Assembly: GCA_029780115.1 (NCBI GenBank)
Contig: JAKOZG010000004.1
Location: 248,607-312,606, forward strand
Origin: Thermotogota bacterium
GTDB lineage: Bacteria > Thermotogota > Thermotogae > Petrotogales > Petrotogaceae
Direction of reading: 5' to 3'
Length of the DNA: 64,000 nucleotides
Part shown: positions 40,287 through 49,712 of the stretch, piece after piece
Numbering within the stretch: the stretch's first letter is position 1
Layout of the letters: the number at the start of each line of letters is the position of its first letter
The notes under the pieces: generated by a model
What the model was told of the DNA's origin: nothing
The model's input: only the letters and a program-made list of their open reading frames with translations
The model's database searches: none
Position numbers and translations under genes: made by a program

Positions 40287-40865
40287 ATGTTAGGGGACGA
40301 TTCAATGACAAAAGAGAAAGAAAAAAATAAATTATTTAGCATGTTCTTTACTTTTTTGAAAATAGGCCTTTTCACTTTTGGCGGAGGTTACGCTATGATT
40401 CCACTGATGGAAAAGGAAATAGTTGATAACAATAAATGGTTAGAAAAGGAGAAGTTTACACAAACGGTTTCACTAACCCAAGCAATACCTGGATCTGTCT
40501 CGGTAAATTTATCCATTTTATTAGGATATAATATAGAAGGTGTCTTAGGAGCCATAGTTTCTGCCTTAGGCGTTATTTTACCTTCTTTTGTTATTATTTT
40601 ATTAATTGCTCTTGCTCTTACAAATTTGGGAGAATTAGCTCTTTTAGAAAAAGCCTTTAGTGGAATAAGACCCGCTGTTGCTGCGTTTATTCTATACGCA
40701 GCTTTCAGTCTTTCAAAAAGTATCAATTGGTCAACAATTTTATTTATAATTTTTTTAACTTCTTTCTTCTTGACGACTGTTTTCAATGTAAATCCTATTT
40801 ATATAATTGCTGGAGCTTTTATAATCGGTACCTTATCAAGCAGATTTAATAAAAGAAATAATTAA
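40287..40865 (+). CDS. chrA: Chromate ion transporter ChrA, short-chain (half-size) form. First of a tandem pair.
   Basis: FGGGYAMIPLM CHR motif. Half-size at 192 aa. Confidence 0.8.
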   Translation: MLGDDSMTKEKEKNKLFSMFFTFLKIGLFTFGGGYAMIPLMEKEIVDNNKWLEKEKFTQTVSLTQAIPGSVSVNLSILLGYNIEGVLGAIVSALGVILPSFVIILLIALALTNLGELALLEKAFSGIRPAVAAFILYAAFSLSKSINWSTILFIIFLTSFFLTTVFNVNPIYIIAGAFIIGTLSSRFNKRNN

Positions 40866-40890
40866 CTACTAGAAAGAAAGGATTTTAACC

Positions 40891-41406
40891 ATGCTTACTT
40901 TACTAAAATTATTTGGTACATTTTTTGAAATAGGATTATTTGGATTTGGTGGGGGATATGTGATAATTCCACTTATTCAAGAACATCTAGTAAAGAATAA
41001 TTGGATGAGTATTGAAGAATTTTTAAATTTAGTGGCAATAGCTGAAGTAACCCCTGGTTCCATATCTGTTAATAGTGCCACTTATGTTGGCTATAAGGTT
41101 TATGGTGTTCTTGGCTCTGTAGTTGCAACTTTAGGAGTTATTTCACCTTCTTTAATTGTAGGACTCCTAATTGCCGCTTTTTTTAAAAATGGGACTGGTA
41201 ACACACCACAAAATATACTTAAATTTTTAGCACCAGCAGTTATAGGGTTAATCCTGGGATCAGGTTTTACAATAGGTATTACAAATATTACCTCCTTAAT
41301 TAATTTGTTGATTTTTGTAATAGTTTTATTGCTGTTAGTGTTTACAGATGTGAATCCAATAGTAATCATTATAGCAACAGCCTTAATTGGTATAGTTTTT
41401 GGATAA
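40891..41406 (+). CDS. chrA: Chromate ion transporter ChrA, short-chain form. Second of a tandem pair.
   Basis: FGGGYVIIPLIQEHLV CHR motif. Length 171 aa. Homologous to the upstream gene. Confidence 0.8.
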   Translation: MLTLLKLFGTFFEIGLFGFGGGYVIIPLIQEHLVKNNWMSIEEFLNLVAIAEVTPGSISVNSATYVGYKVYGVLGSVVATLGVISPSLIVGLLIAAFFKNGTGNTPQNILKFLAPAVIGLILGSGFTIGITNITSLINLLIFVIVLLLLVFTDVNPIVIIIATALIGIVFG

Positions 41407-41410
41407 AAAA

Positions 41411-42343
41411 TTAACCAACAATAACCTTAAGGGTTTGGGGCAAAATTTCAAAATGAAATGGTGCATGTCCCAGAGATTCTCCATCAACTTCTAAGTACAA
41501 TTTTTCTTGCGAAAAGATTTTTATAGTCCTTGCTCTAAAAGTTTTCACAGAAGGATTTTTTATGAAAGATCCATTGTATATTTTTCTTAAGTTTTTTAAA
41601 ATTACAAAAATTGATACATCTTCAACTACCGTCAAATCGAAAAGTCCATCATCATAAACAGCATTAGGTGTAAACATCATGCCACCACCGCTGTATTTAC
41701 ATATGCCAACATTTAAGGTTAATGCCATATTTTCAAAGACTATTTTTTCATCGGCAATTATTTGTACATTCGTAGGTCGGTATGAAAATAAAGTTTTAAG
41801 AAGATTCATAGAATAGGAGAGACTTGTAGCGAATCTTCCCCTTTTTTTATTTGCTTTATAAGTAACCTCTGCATCAAAACCCATTCCAGCAACATTTATG
41901 AAAAATCTTTCTTTTTCTTTTCCTTTTTGTATATATCTGACCTTACCAACATCTTGAAAAATATACTTTTCTTTTTTTAAAATGTTTACAGCCTCATTGT
42001 AATCTTCGGGAATACCTATTGTTTTACGCCAATCATTCCCTCGACCAGTACCTATTGAACCTACTGCAATTTCAGATGGTTCCACAAAATTTTGTCTTAA
42101 AATTGCATTGACAATTTCATTTAAAGTACCGTCTCCCCCTACAGAAACCAACTTTCTATATCCTTTTTCTATGCCTTTCATAGCTAAACTAAATCCATCA
42201 AAAGGTTTTTCTGTGAAAACATAGTCAAACTGAAGGTCGCCACTTTTTATTAGAAGAGGATAAATCTTTTTCTCCCAACTTTTTAAAGATTTTCCTCCAC
42301 AAGCTTTTGGATTGACTATAAATAGAATTCTTTCGTCTTTCAT
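41411..42343 (-). CDS. Diacylglycerol-kinase-family lipid kinase (YegS/DagK-like).
   Basis: DAGK catalytic-domain motif VSVGGDGTLNEIVN. Length 310 aa. Confidence 0.8.
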   Translation of the reverse strand: MKDERILFIVNPKACGGKSLKSWEKKIYPLLIKSGDLQFDYVFTEKPFDGFSLAMKGIEKGYRKLVSVGGDGTLNEIVNAILRQNFVEPSEIAVGSIGTGRGNDWRKTIGIPEDYNEAVNILKKEKYIFQDVGKVRYIQKGKEKERFFINVAGMGFDAEVTYKANKKRGRFATSLSYSMNLLKTLFSYRPTNVQIIADEKIVFENMALTLNVGICKYSGGGMMFTPNAVYDDGLFDLTVVEDVSIFVILKNLRKIYNGSFIKNPSVKTFRARTIKIFSQEKLYLEVDGESLGHAPFHFEILPQTLKVIVG

Positions 42344-42375
42344 GATTTATCATCCCACTTTTTAATCAGAATTTT

Positions 42376-43338
42376 TTAATTTCTTGACGATATATCTTTT
42401 AATAAATTAAAAATACCTTCTACCGTTAACACGCTACTAAAGGCTATGGTTCCAAGTTTTCCACCTACTCCTCCTAGACTGCAGTAACTGCATATAAAGA
42501 AAACAGGAACAACTAAAGAAGTAAAGGTAATTTTATAAAAATTTTCTCTCTTAATTGAACTCATTCCAGCAAATGTAGCAGCCATCATAAGAGAAGGTGA
42601 AATGTTTTTTAAATTGGGAAATAATACCGGTAATATTAAAGCACCCATCAAACTTATCAAAGCGGAAGATAAAACTACATCTTTTAAAAAAAAATTGTGC
42701 AATAAGTAAGTAGTTATTGTCCCAACAAAACTAATTAAGAATAATTCATATCCAATTTTATAATTAAAAGCGGGGTGGAGAAAAGTTAAATTGAAAAGTA
42801 AATAGGTAATAACCCACGAACTAAAAGCTATTGTCCCCAATTTTCCACCTGTCCCTACAAATATCTCTTTAGATAATTCATAAATAAATCCCGCAATTAT
42901 ACAAGCAGCACAAATATGATAAAAATTATGCGAAAAATCAGGAGAAATCATACCCACAAAAGCTCCGGTATATATAGGTAAAGAGTATTTAGGAAAAAAG
43001 ATTGAGCCAATAATTCCAATTAAACTGGCTGCAATGATTGAGCCTTGATCTAGATATATGTTCAAGAAATAAGTTGAAAGTGCACCAACAATAACACTTA
43101 CAAAAGACAGAAAATTGAAACCTGAATTAGACTTTGAAGATGTCTTTATAGATTTAAATTCAGCAACGAGAGCATACAAAATGCCAAAAACAAAAAACAG
43201 TAAAAGAAAAAAAGCTGTTAAACTAAACTTGAATGAAAAAATAATTGAAGAAATTACTAAATACAGCATCGATACACTTAATATAAAAAAAGAGACATAT
43301 TTCATCCACATAAAAATCCCCCTTAAAATTTTTAGCAC
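42376..43338 (-). CDS. Polytopic membrane protein of unknown function with an internal repeat (VGTGGKLGTIAFSS / LGGVGGKLGTIAFSS).
   Basis: At least 8 predicted TM helices. The G-rich loop motif occurs twice. No family I can name. Confidence 0.45.
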   Translation of the reverse strand: MLKILRGIFMWMKYVSFFILSVSMLYLVISSIIFSFKFSLTAFFLLLFFVFGILYALVAEFKSIKTSSKSNSGFNFLSFVSVIVGALSTYFLNIYLDQGSIIAASLIGIIGSIFFPKYSLPIYTGAFVGMISPDFSHNFYHICAACIIAGFIYELSKEIFVGTGGKLGTIAFSSWVITYLLFNLTFLHPAFNYKIGYELFLISFVGTITTYLLHNFFLKDVVLSSALISLMGALILPVLFPNLKNISPSLMMAATFAGMSSIKRENFYKITFTSLVVPVFFICSYCSLGGVGGKLGTIAFSSVLTVEGIFNLLKDISSRN

Positions 43339-43590
43339 TTATGAGACAAAATAATTTTATCATAAATATTTTTTAGTTTATTATACTTATAAGAAAATAA
43401 TTTTTTGTATTTGTTTATTGAATAAGAGTCTATATTCTTGGTATATTTTGTTTAAAAGCTAGCTATTTTTTATTGAGGCTTAAATACAGTATAATTAATT
43501 GAATAATGAAAATAAGAAAAAAGTAACGAGAATAATTGTTAGAGAAAATAAATTTAAATAATGAAAAATTTAAACAGGAGGATAATAAGT

Positions 43591-46500
43591 ATGTTAGATA
43601 AGCTACAAAACATAACAAAAAATAAATTAGCGAACGGATTATGGTCAATAAGAAGAAACGAGGAAGTCTCAGTCTATCAAGTACAAGAGATGGATTATTT
43701 TGAAGATCATGAAAGAAAGTTTAAGCCAGACTTTGATGACTCAATAAAATGGGGAAAAATTTCAACCGGGCAAAGATGGGGAGGATACGATAAAATTTTT
43801 TGGTTTAAAGCGCAAATAAACTTCCCTGAACATTTAAAGGGAGGCAGATTTTTTTTAATGCCTTCACTTGCAAAGTCTAGTAATTTAGATGTGGTTCCTA
43901 ATTATCCTGAGTCATTACTTTTCATTAATGGAGCAGCGGTACAAGGTATTGATAAATATCATAAAGGAATATTTTTGCCTCAAGAATTGCTAGAAAAGAA
44001 AACTTTTACCATACATATAAGGTCTTGGACACGATTGAGAGGAAAACTTGATTATACATTTTTTGGCTTGGAATTTTTTGTTGTTAACCCTGTTGCACAA
44101 AAATATTATTTCTTAGCAAAAAATGTCTTAGATACAATTGAAGAATTAGATAAAAATGATTTTGCCTATTCAAGATTGTTGGATATCTTGAATGATTCCT
44201 ATAAAAAAATAGATTTCGCCTATCCTCGATCTCAAGAATACTATGATTCGATTACCCAAGCGTTTACAAGTCTTAGTGAAGGACTCAAAAAACTGGATTT
44301 TCTGAAAAGGGAGGTACCTACGATTGTTGTAACTGGACATTCCCATCTTGATATGGCATGGTTATGGAGGGTTCTTCATACTAGAGAAAAAGCACAAAGA
44401 ACATTTGCAACTGTTTTAAACTTAATGGAAGAATATCCTGAATATACATTTATCCATTCTTCTCCATGCCTATATAAATATTTGAAAAAAGATTATCCGG
44501 AATTATACGAAAAGGTTAAAGAAAAAATAAAAGAAGGAAAATGGGAAGCAACAGGTGGCATGTGGGTTGAATCTGATTCCAATATATCACCTGGGGAATT
44601 TCTCATTAGGCAAATTTTATTTGGTAAGAGATTTTTAAGGGAAGAATTTGGTGCAGAATCTAAAGTTGTTTGGTTACCAGATGCTTTCGGATATACTTAT
44701 TCTTTACCTCAGATAATCAAAAAATCGGGGATGAATTATTTTGCAACTACTAAAATAAGTTGGAACGAATTCAATCGGTTTCCATATGACACATTTTGGT
44801 GGAAAGGAACAGATGGAACAGAAATATTAGCTCATTTTATAACTACTCCAGATAAACACAGTTATTACTATACATACAATGGTATGCTAGAACCGTTTAC
44901 TGTACAAGGCATATGGGACAACTACAAGCAAAAAGATATAAACGAAGAGCTGCTTTTAGTTTTTGGCTGGGGAGACGGTGGAGGAGGTCCAACGTTTGAA
45001 ATGTTAGAAAACTATGAAGCCATGAAGCAAATTCCCGTGTTATACGATATTGAAATGGGAAGTGTGGAAAAATACTTTGAACGATTAGAAAAACGAATAC
45101 AAAATGAAAATGTTCCTGTTTGGGACGACGAACTTTACTTTGAACTTCATAGAGGTACCTATACTTCTCAAGCTTTTATAAAAAGAGATAATAGAAAGTC
45201 AGAGGTTTTATATCACAACGCAGAATTCATAAATTCAGTTGCTAAGTCTTTGTTTGATGATTATGAATATCCTAAAGATTCATTAAATGAGGGATGGGAA
45301 TTACTTCTCTTGAATCAATTTCACGATATTTTGCCAGGTTCTTCTATCAGAGAAGTATACGAGGATGCTCGAAAAGATTTTGAAAAAATAAAAGGAATTG
45401 CCAATAATGAAATACAGAAAGCAACCTCTTTGATTTCAAATCATATAAAAACCCAAGAGGATAGTGTTGTACTTTTTAATACTACAAATTTTGAAAGAGA
45501 AGAGCTTATTGAATTAGAAAATGGGAAAAAAGCTATAATAAAAGGTATACCTCCCCTAGGCTATAAAACTGTAAGTTTGTCTGAAATAGAAGAATCAAAT
45601 CCAGAGAATGAAAAAATAAAGGTTAGCAGGGATATTATAGAAAACAAATTCTATATAATAGAATTTAATGAAAGAGGACAAATCAAGAGATTATATGATA
45701 AAGAAAATCAAAGAGAAGTATTAGAAGAAGGAAAATGTGGTAATGTATTACAAGCTTTTGAGGATAGACCATACTTTTTTGATGCTTGGGATATCTCGCC
45801 ATATTTTAATGAAAAGATGAAGGAAGTTACAGATTTAGTGGAAGTAGAAGTAGAAGAAAGTGACAATTATAGAGGTATATTAAAATTTACCTGGAAATTT
45901 TATGAGTCAAAAATCGAACAAAGAGTTATAGTTTACAATCATTCAAGAAGGATAGATTTTGATACAAAAATTGATTGGAAAGAAAAGGAAATTCTTTTAA
46001 AGGCGGCATTTCCTGTTAATATTAGAAGTACAAAAGCAACTTATAATATCCAATTTGGTAATATAGAACGATCAACAACAAATAATACTAGTTATGATAT
46101 TGCGAAATTTGAGGTTCCGGCACAAAAATGGGCAGATTTATCAGAAGGTAACTATGGTGTTTCTATCCTAAACGACTGTAAGTATGGTTATGATATAAAA
46201 GATAATATTATGAGAATAACTCTTTTAAGATCTCCGGTAGATCCAGATGAAACAGCTGATAGAACAGAACATAGATTTGTATATAGTCTTTTGCCTCATT
46301 ATAAAACGTGGAGAGAAGCTCAGGTAATTGAAGAAGCATATAAACTTAATTATCCAGTTATTGTAGAAAAAACTGATATGAATAAAAAAGGAAAATTGCC
46401 CAACAGTTTTTCTTTCTTTAAAATTAGTGATTCTGATATAATAGTTGAGACTATTAAAAAGGCCGAAGATGATAATTCTATAATTATTAGAGTTTACGAA

Positions 46501-46671
46501 AGTAAAGGTAATAGAAAACAAGGTGTATCATTAACCTTCTATAAAAATATAAAAAATGCGTGGGAAACAAACTTAATTGAAGAAGAAGGAAAACAAATAT
46601 CTTTTGAAGATAACAAGATAGTATTTAATATAAACCCATATGAAATAAAAACGTTTAAAGTAGATCTATAA
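43591..46671 (+). CDS. GH38 alpha-mannosidase (cytoplasmic). Start at the ATG at 43591, preceded by AGGAGG.
   Basis: GH38 signature GHSHLDMAWLW. Length of about 1000 aa. No signal peptide. Confidence 0.9.
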   Translation: MLDKLQNITKNKLANGLWSIRRNEEVSVYQVQEMDYFEDHERKFKPDFDDSIKWGKISTGQRWGGYDKIFWFKAQINFPEHLKGGRFFLMPSLAKSSNLDVVPNYPESLLFINGAAVQGIDKYHKGIFLPQELLEKKTFTIHIRSWTRLRGKLDYTFFGLEFFVVNPVAQKYYFLAKNVLDTIEELDKNDFAYSRLLDILNDSYKKIDFAYPRSQEYYDSITQAFTSLSEGLKKLDFLKREVPTIVVTGHSHLDMAWLWRVLHTREKAQRTFATVLNLMEEYPEYTFIHSSPCLYKYLKKDYPELYEKVKEKIKEGKWEATGGMWVESDSNISPGEFLIRQILFGKRFLREEFGAESKVVWLPDAFGYTYSLPQIIKKSGMNYFATTKISWNEFNRFPYDTFWWKGTDGTEILAHFITTPDKHSYYYTYNGMLEPFTVQGIWDNYKQKDINEELLLVFGWGDGGGGPTFEMLENYEAMKQIPVLYDIEMGSVEKYFERLEKRIQNENVPVWDDELYFELHRGTYTSQAFIKRDNRKSEVLYHNAEFINSVAKSLFDDYEYPKDSLNEGWELLLLNQFHDILPGSSIREVYEDARKDFEKIKGIANNEIQKATSLISNHIKTQEDSVVLFNTTNFEREELIELENGKKAIIKGIPPLGYKTVSLSEIEESNPENEKIKVSRDIIENKFYIIEFNERGQIKRLYDKENQREVLEEGKCGNVLQAFEDRPYFFDAWDISPYFNEKMKEVTDLVEVEVEESDNYRGILKFTWKFYESKIEQRVIVYNHSRRIDFDTKIDWKEKEILLKAAFPVNIRSTKATYNIQFGNIERSTTNNTSYDIAKFEVPAQKWADLSEGNYGVSILNDCKYGYDIKDNIMRITLLRSPVDPDETADRTEHRFVYSLLPHYKTWREAQVIEEAYKLNYPVIVEKTDMNKKGKLPNSFSFFKISDSDIIVETIKKAEDDNSIIIRVYESKGNRKQGVSLTFYKNIKNAWETNLIEEEGKQISFEDNKIVFNINPYEIKTFKVDL

Positions 46672-46750
46672 CAATTTTGCTTTTGAAATAGTTTATAAAT
46701 TTCAAATGATACTTGTGTGTCTTCATTCAACATTTTAGGAGCTTCGAATA

Positions 46751-47593
46751 ATGAAAAATTCAAAATTACGGGTATGCAGTTTTAACATACGTTATGACAA
46801 TATATTAGATTTTGGAGAAAGATCATGGAAGCATCGAAGAGACAAAGTGGTCAGGCTGTTAAAGTATCATAATATGGATTTGATAGGATTTCAAGAAGTA
46901 TTAAAAAATCAATTGGAATATTTAAGTGATTATTTAGATGAGTATGATTATGTTGGAGTCGGAAGAGAAGATGGCATAGATAAAGGAGAATTCGTTCCTA
47001 TATTTTACAAGAAAGATAAATTCATACTAGAGAAATGGGGAACATTTTGGTTATCTGAAACTCCTGAAATAAAGGGGAGTATTGGTTGGGATGCAGCATG
47101 TGTAAGGATTACAACATGGGCTAAATTTACATTGAAAGATGTGAACAATTCTCTTCTTTTCTTCAATACTCATTTTGACCATTTTGGGCATAAAGCGATG
47201 TTAAACAGCGCCTATTTATTACTCGAAAAAGTTAAAAATATTGCTAAGGACGTTCCTGTAATTATAGTTGGGGATTTTAACAACACAGAAGACAGTTTAG
47301 TATATAAAATTTTAACTGAAAAAGCAGAAAAAGATTTGAGAATTACTGATTCAAAATATGTAAGTCTTAATGGCCATTATGGCTGTACTTTTAGTTTTCA
47401 TGATTTTAAAGCGCCAAAAATCTTCAATAAACTAAAAAATTCAAATAGGAACGAAAACACACTACAACTTATAGACTATATTTTTGTAAAAAATTCTATA
47501 AAAGTTATAAATCATGGGATTTTGCCAGATAATTGTGACGGTATTTTTCCATCCGATCATATGCCTGTTATAGCTGATTTAGAGATTGTGTAA
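46751..47593 (+). CDS. Endonuclease/exonuclease/phosphatase (EEP) family protein.
   Basis: LRVCSFNIRYDN N-terminus and C-terminal SDHMPV motif typical of the EEP fold. Confidence 0.75.
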   Translation: MKNSKLRVCSFNIRYDNILDFGERSWKHRRDKVVRLLKYHNMDLIGFQEVLKNQLEYLSDYLDEYDYVGVGREDGIDKGEFVPIFYKKDKFILEKWGTFWLSETPEIKGSIGWDAACVRITTWAKFTLKDVNNSLLFFNTHFDHFGHKAMLNSAYLLLEKVKNIAKDVPVIIVGDFNNTEDSLVYKILTEKAEKDLRITDSKYVSLNGHYGCTFSFHDFKAPKIFNKLKNSNRNENTLQLIDYIFVKNSIKVINHGILPDNCDGIFPSDHMPVIADLEIV

Positions 47594-47597
47594 AATA

Positions 47598-47625
47598 CCC
47601 CTGCTTAACTGCAGGGGATTATTAA
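47598..47625 (+). terminator. Candidate terminator hairpin CCCCTGC-TTAACT-GCAGGGG after the EEP gene.
   Basis: 7-bp GC stem. The downstream T-run is weak. Confidence 0.4.
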
Positions 47626-47856
47626 ATGTTGATTTTAAACATCAATCAAGTATTATTGGCGCTGATAGAGACTAAACTTTAGAAGAGGAAAGACATTCTA
47701 AACATAGGATTTTGAATTTATGAAGTTTACATGAGCGGAGCCCTCCTCTTCACCTTCTGCATAAATACCAAAAAAAGCTAAAATTTGAAGCATAAATAGA
47801 ATTAAAGTTTCAGAATTTTTAAAGTGGATATTAATTTCATATTAGGAGGAAAATTT

Positions 47857-49674
47857 ATGATACCAGTTCCTAAAAAGATCACTTTACTTGAAAGAATTTT
47901 TAAAATGCCTGATAGTGGAAAAATTCTAGCTTCAACAGATACTTTTAAGTTGGCAGGATTAGTAAAAGACATTTTTTTTGAAAAGAAGCTGGAGATAACA
48001 ACCTATAATGATGGCACAGCAAAGATTCAACTTTTTGTTGATGAAAATGTAATAAATAACCCACAAGGTTACAAAATGAGGATTACTGAATCTAAAATCA
48101 CTATTGTAGGTGGATCACATCAAGGATTATTTTATGGAATTCAAACGTTAAAACAACTATTTAGAGAGCATAGATACCAAATTCCTTCGATGATAATCGA
48201 AGATGAGCCTGATTTTTACAATCGTGGATTTATGTTAGATATAAGTCGAGATAGAGTGCCTACTATGGATACTCTTAAAAGTTTAATTGATGTTTTGGCT
48301 GAACTAAAATATAATCAATTTCAACTATATACAGAACATACCTTTGCTTATACTAATCACGAAATTGTATGGAAAGACTATTCTCCTTTGACTTCTCAGG
48401 ATATTCTTGAACTTGATAATTATTGTAAAGAAAGATACATAGAATTAGTTCCAAATCAAAATTCTTTTGGACATATGGAAAAATGGTTAATTCATGATGA
48501 ATATAAACATTTAGCTGAAGCACCAAATGGTTTTATCAAACCTTGGGGAGAAAAGTCGGGTCCTTTTTCGATATCGCCGGCAGTTCCTGAGTCCATAGAA
48601 TTTGTAAATAGTTTATTTGAGGAGCTACTGCCTAATTTTACAAGTACAAAAGTAAACATAGGTGCAGATGAGACATTTGATTTAGGCTTAGGTCGATCTA
48701 AAGAACTTTGTGAAAAGTTTGGAAAAGGAAGAATATATTTAAACTTCTTGTTTGATATATATAAAATAATTAAAAAACATAATAAAACAATGATGTTTTG
48801 GGGAGATATAATAAAAAATTATCCAGAACTTGTAAAAGATCTTCCTGACGATGTTATTTCTTTAATCTGGGGATATGAAGCTAATCATCCATTTGAAGAA
48901 GAATGCTTGTTATTTGCAGAAAAAGGATTCACATTTTATGTTTGCCCTGGTACCTCTTCTTGGAATTCCTTTATTGGAAGAAGTGATAATGCTATCGAAA
49001 ATATAGAGAATGCCATTATAAATGGGAAAAATCTTGGAGCAAGTGGGATTCTTCTTACTGATTGGGGCGATAATGGTCATCCTCAACATTTGCCTTTTTC
49101 GGTTATTGGTCTAGGGTATGCTTCAACGCTTGGATGGAATCTTTCAAATAAACCTTTGGTTAAAGAGTTTTTGAAAGATTTAAATGTGCATATTTTTCAG
49201 GTTAAAGATGATATAGCACAAATATTATACACTTTAGGAAATCTTTACAAAAACGCTGGAGTTCAGATTCACAATTCAAGTCCATATTTTCTAGCGCTCT
49301 TATTTCCGGAAAGGGTTATAGGTTCCAAAGAGATGTTAGATGTGAATGTTGAAGGAGTCAATAAATCAATAATCATAGCTAAAGAAACAATGCAAGAATT
49401 ATCGAAAATGAGAGATAATACTGACAAAAAAATGTTAATAGATCAAATAATAAATAATGTTGAAATGGCTATCCTAGGAATGAAAATGCTGTTACTTATT
49501 AAAGAACACACGAATATTCTAAAAATTCCAGAAAATGAGTGGAAGATATTTAAAGAAGAATTAGATCATGTAATCAATGAATACCAAAAATTGTGGTTAT
49601 CTGTAAATAGACCTGGGGGATTAGAAGATAGCACAAAAAAACTTACTAAAATTTTACAACTAAGATATAAATAA
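47857..49674 (+). CDS. GH20 beta-N-acetylhexosaminidase-like glycoside hydrolase (cytoplasmic). Start at the ATG at 47857 after AGGAGG.
   Basis: GH20 catalytic-domain hallmark RGFMLDISRDRV. TIM-barrel region HIGADE-like NIGADETFDLG. Confidence 0.75.
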   Translation: MIPVPKKITLLERIFKMPDSGKILASTDTFKLAGLVKDIFFEKKLEITTYNDGTAKIQLFVDENVINNPQGYKMRITESKITIVGGSHQGLFYGIQTLKQLFREHRYQIPSMIIEDEPDFYNRGFMLDISRDRVPTMDTLKSLIDVLAELKYNQFQLYTEHTFAYTNHEIVWKDYSPLTSQDILELDNYCKERYIELVPNQNSFGHMEKWLIHDEYKHLAEAPNGFIKPWGEKSGPFSISPAVPESIEFVNSLFEELLPNFTSTKVNIGADETFDLGLGRSKELCEKFGKGRIYLNFLFDIYKIIKKHNKTMMFWGDIIKNYPELVKDLPDDVISLIWGYEANHPFEEECLLFAEKGFTFYVCPGTSSWNSFIGRSDNAIENIENAIINGKNLGASGILLTDWGDNGHPQHLPFSVIGLGYASTLGWNLSNKPLVKEFLKDLNVHIFQVKDDIAQILYTLGNLYKNAGVQIHNSSPYFLALLFPERVIGSKEMLDVNVEGVNKSIIIAKETMQELSKMRDNTDKKMLIDQIINNVEMAILGMKMLLLIKEHTNILKIPENEWKIFKEELDHVINEYQKLWLSVNRPGGLEDSTKKLTKILQLRYK

Positions 49675-49706
49675 ATCAGGCAGAGAATTATCTCCACCTG
49701 ATTTAT
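49672..49706. terminator. Candidate bidirectional terminator hairpin (AAATCAGG...CCTGATTT) between the convergent GH20 gene and hydA.
   Basis: Inverted repeat with a large loop lying between two convergent stop codons. Confidence 0.35.
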
Positions 49707-49712
49707 ATATGA

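Noticed and set aside
47857-49674. Possibility that the GH20-like gene and hydA are functionally linked (convergent, 38 bp apart)
   Set aside because: The genes are convergent, with an inverted repeat between them, and have unrelated functions. The adjacency is probably incidental.
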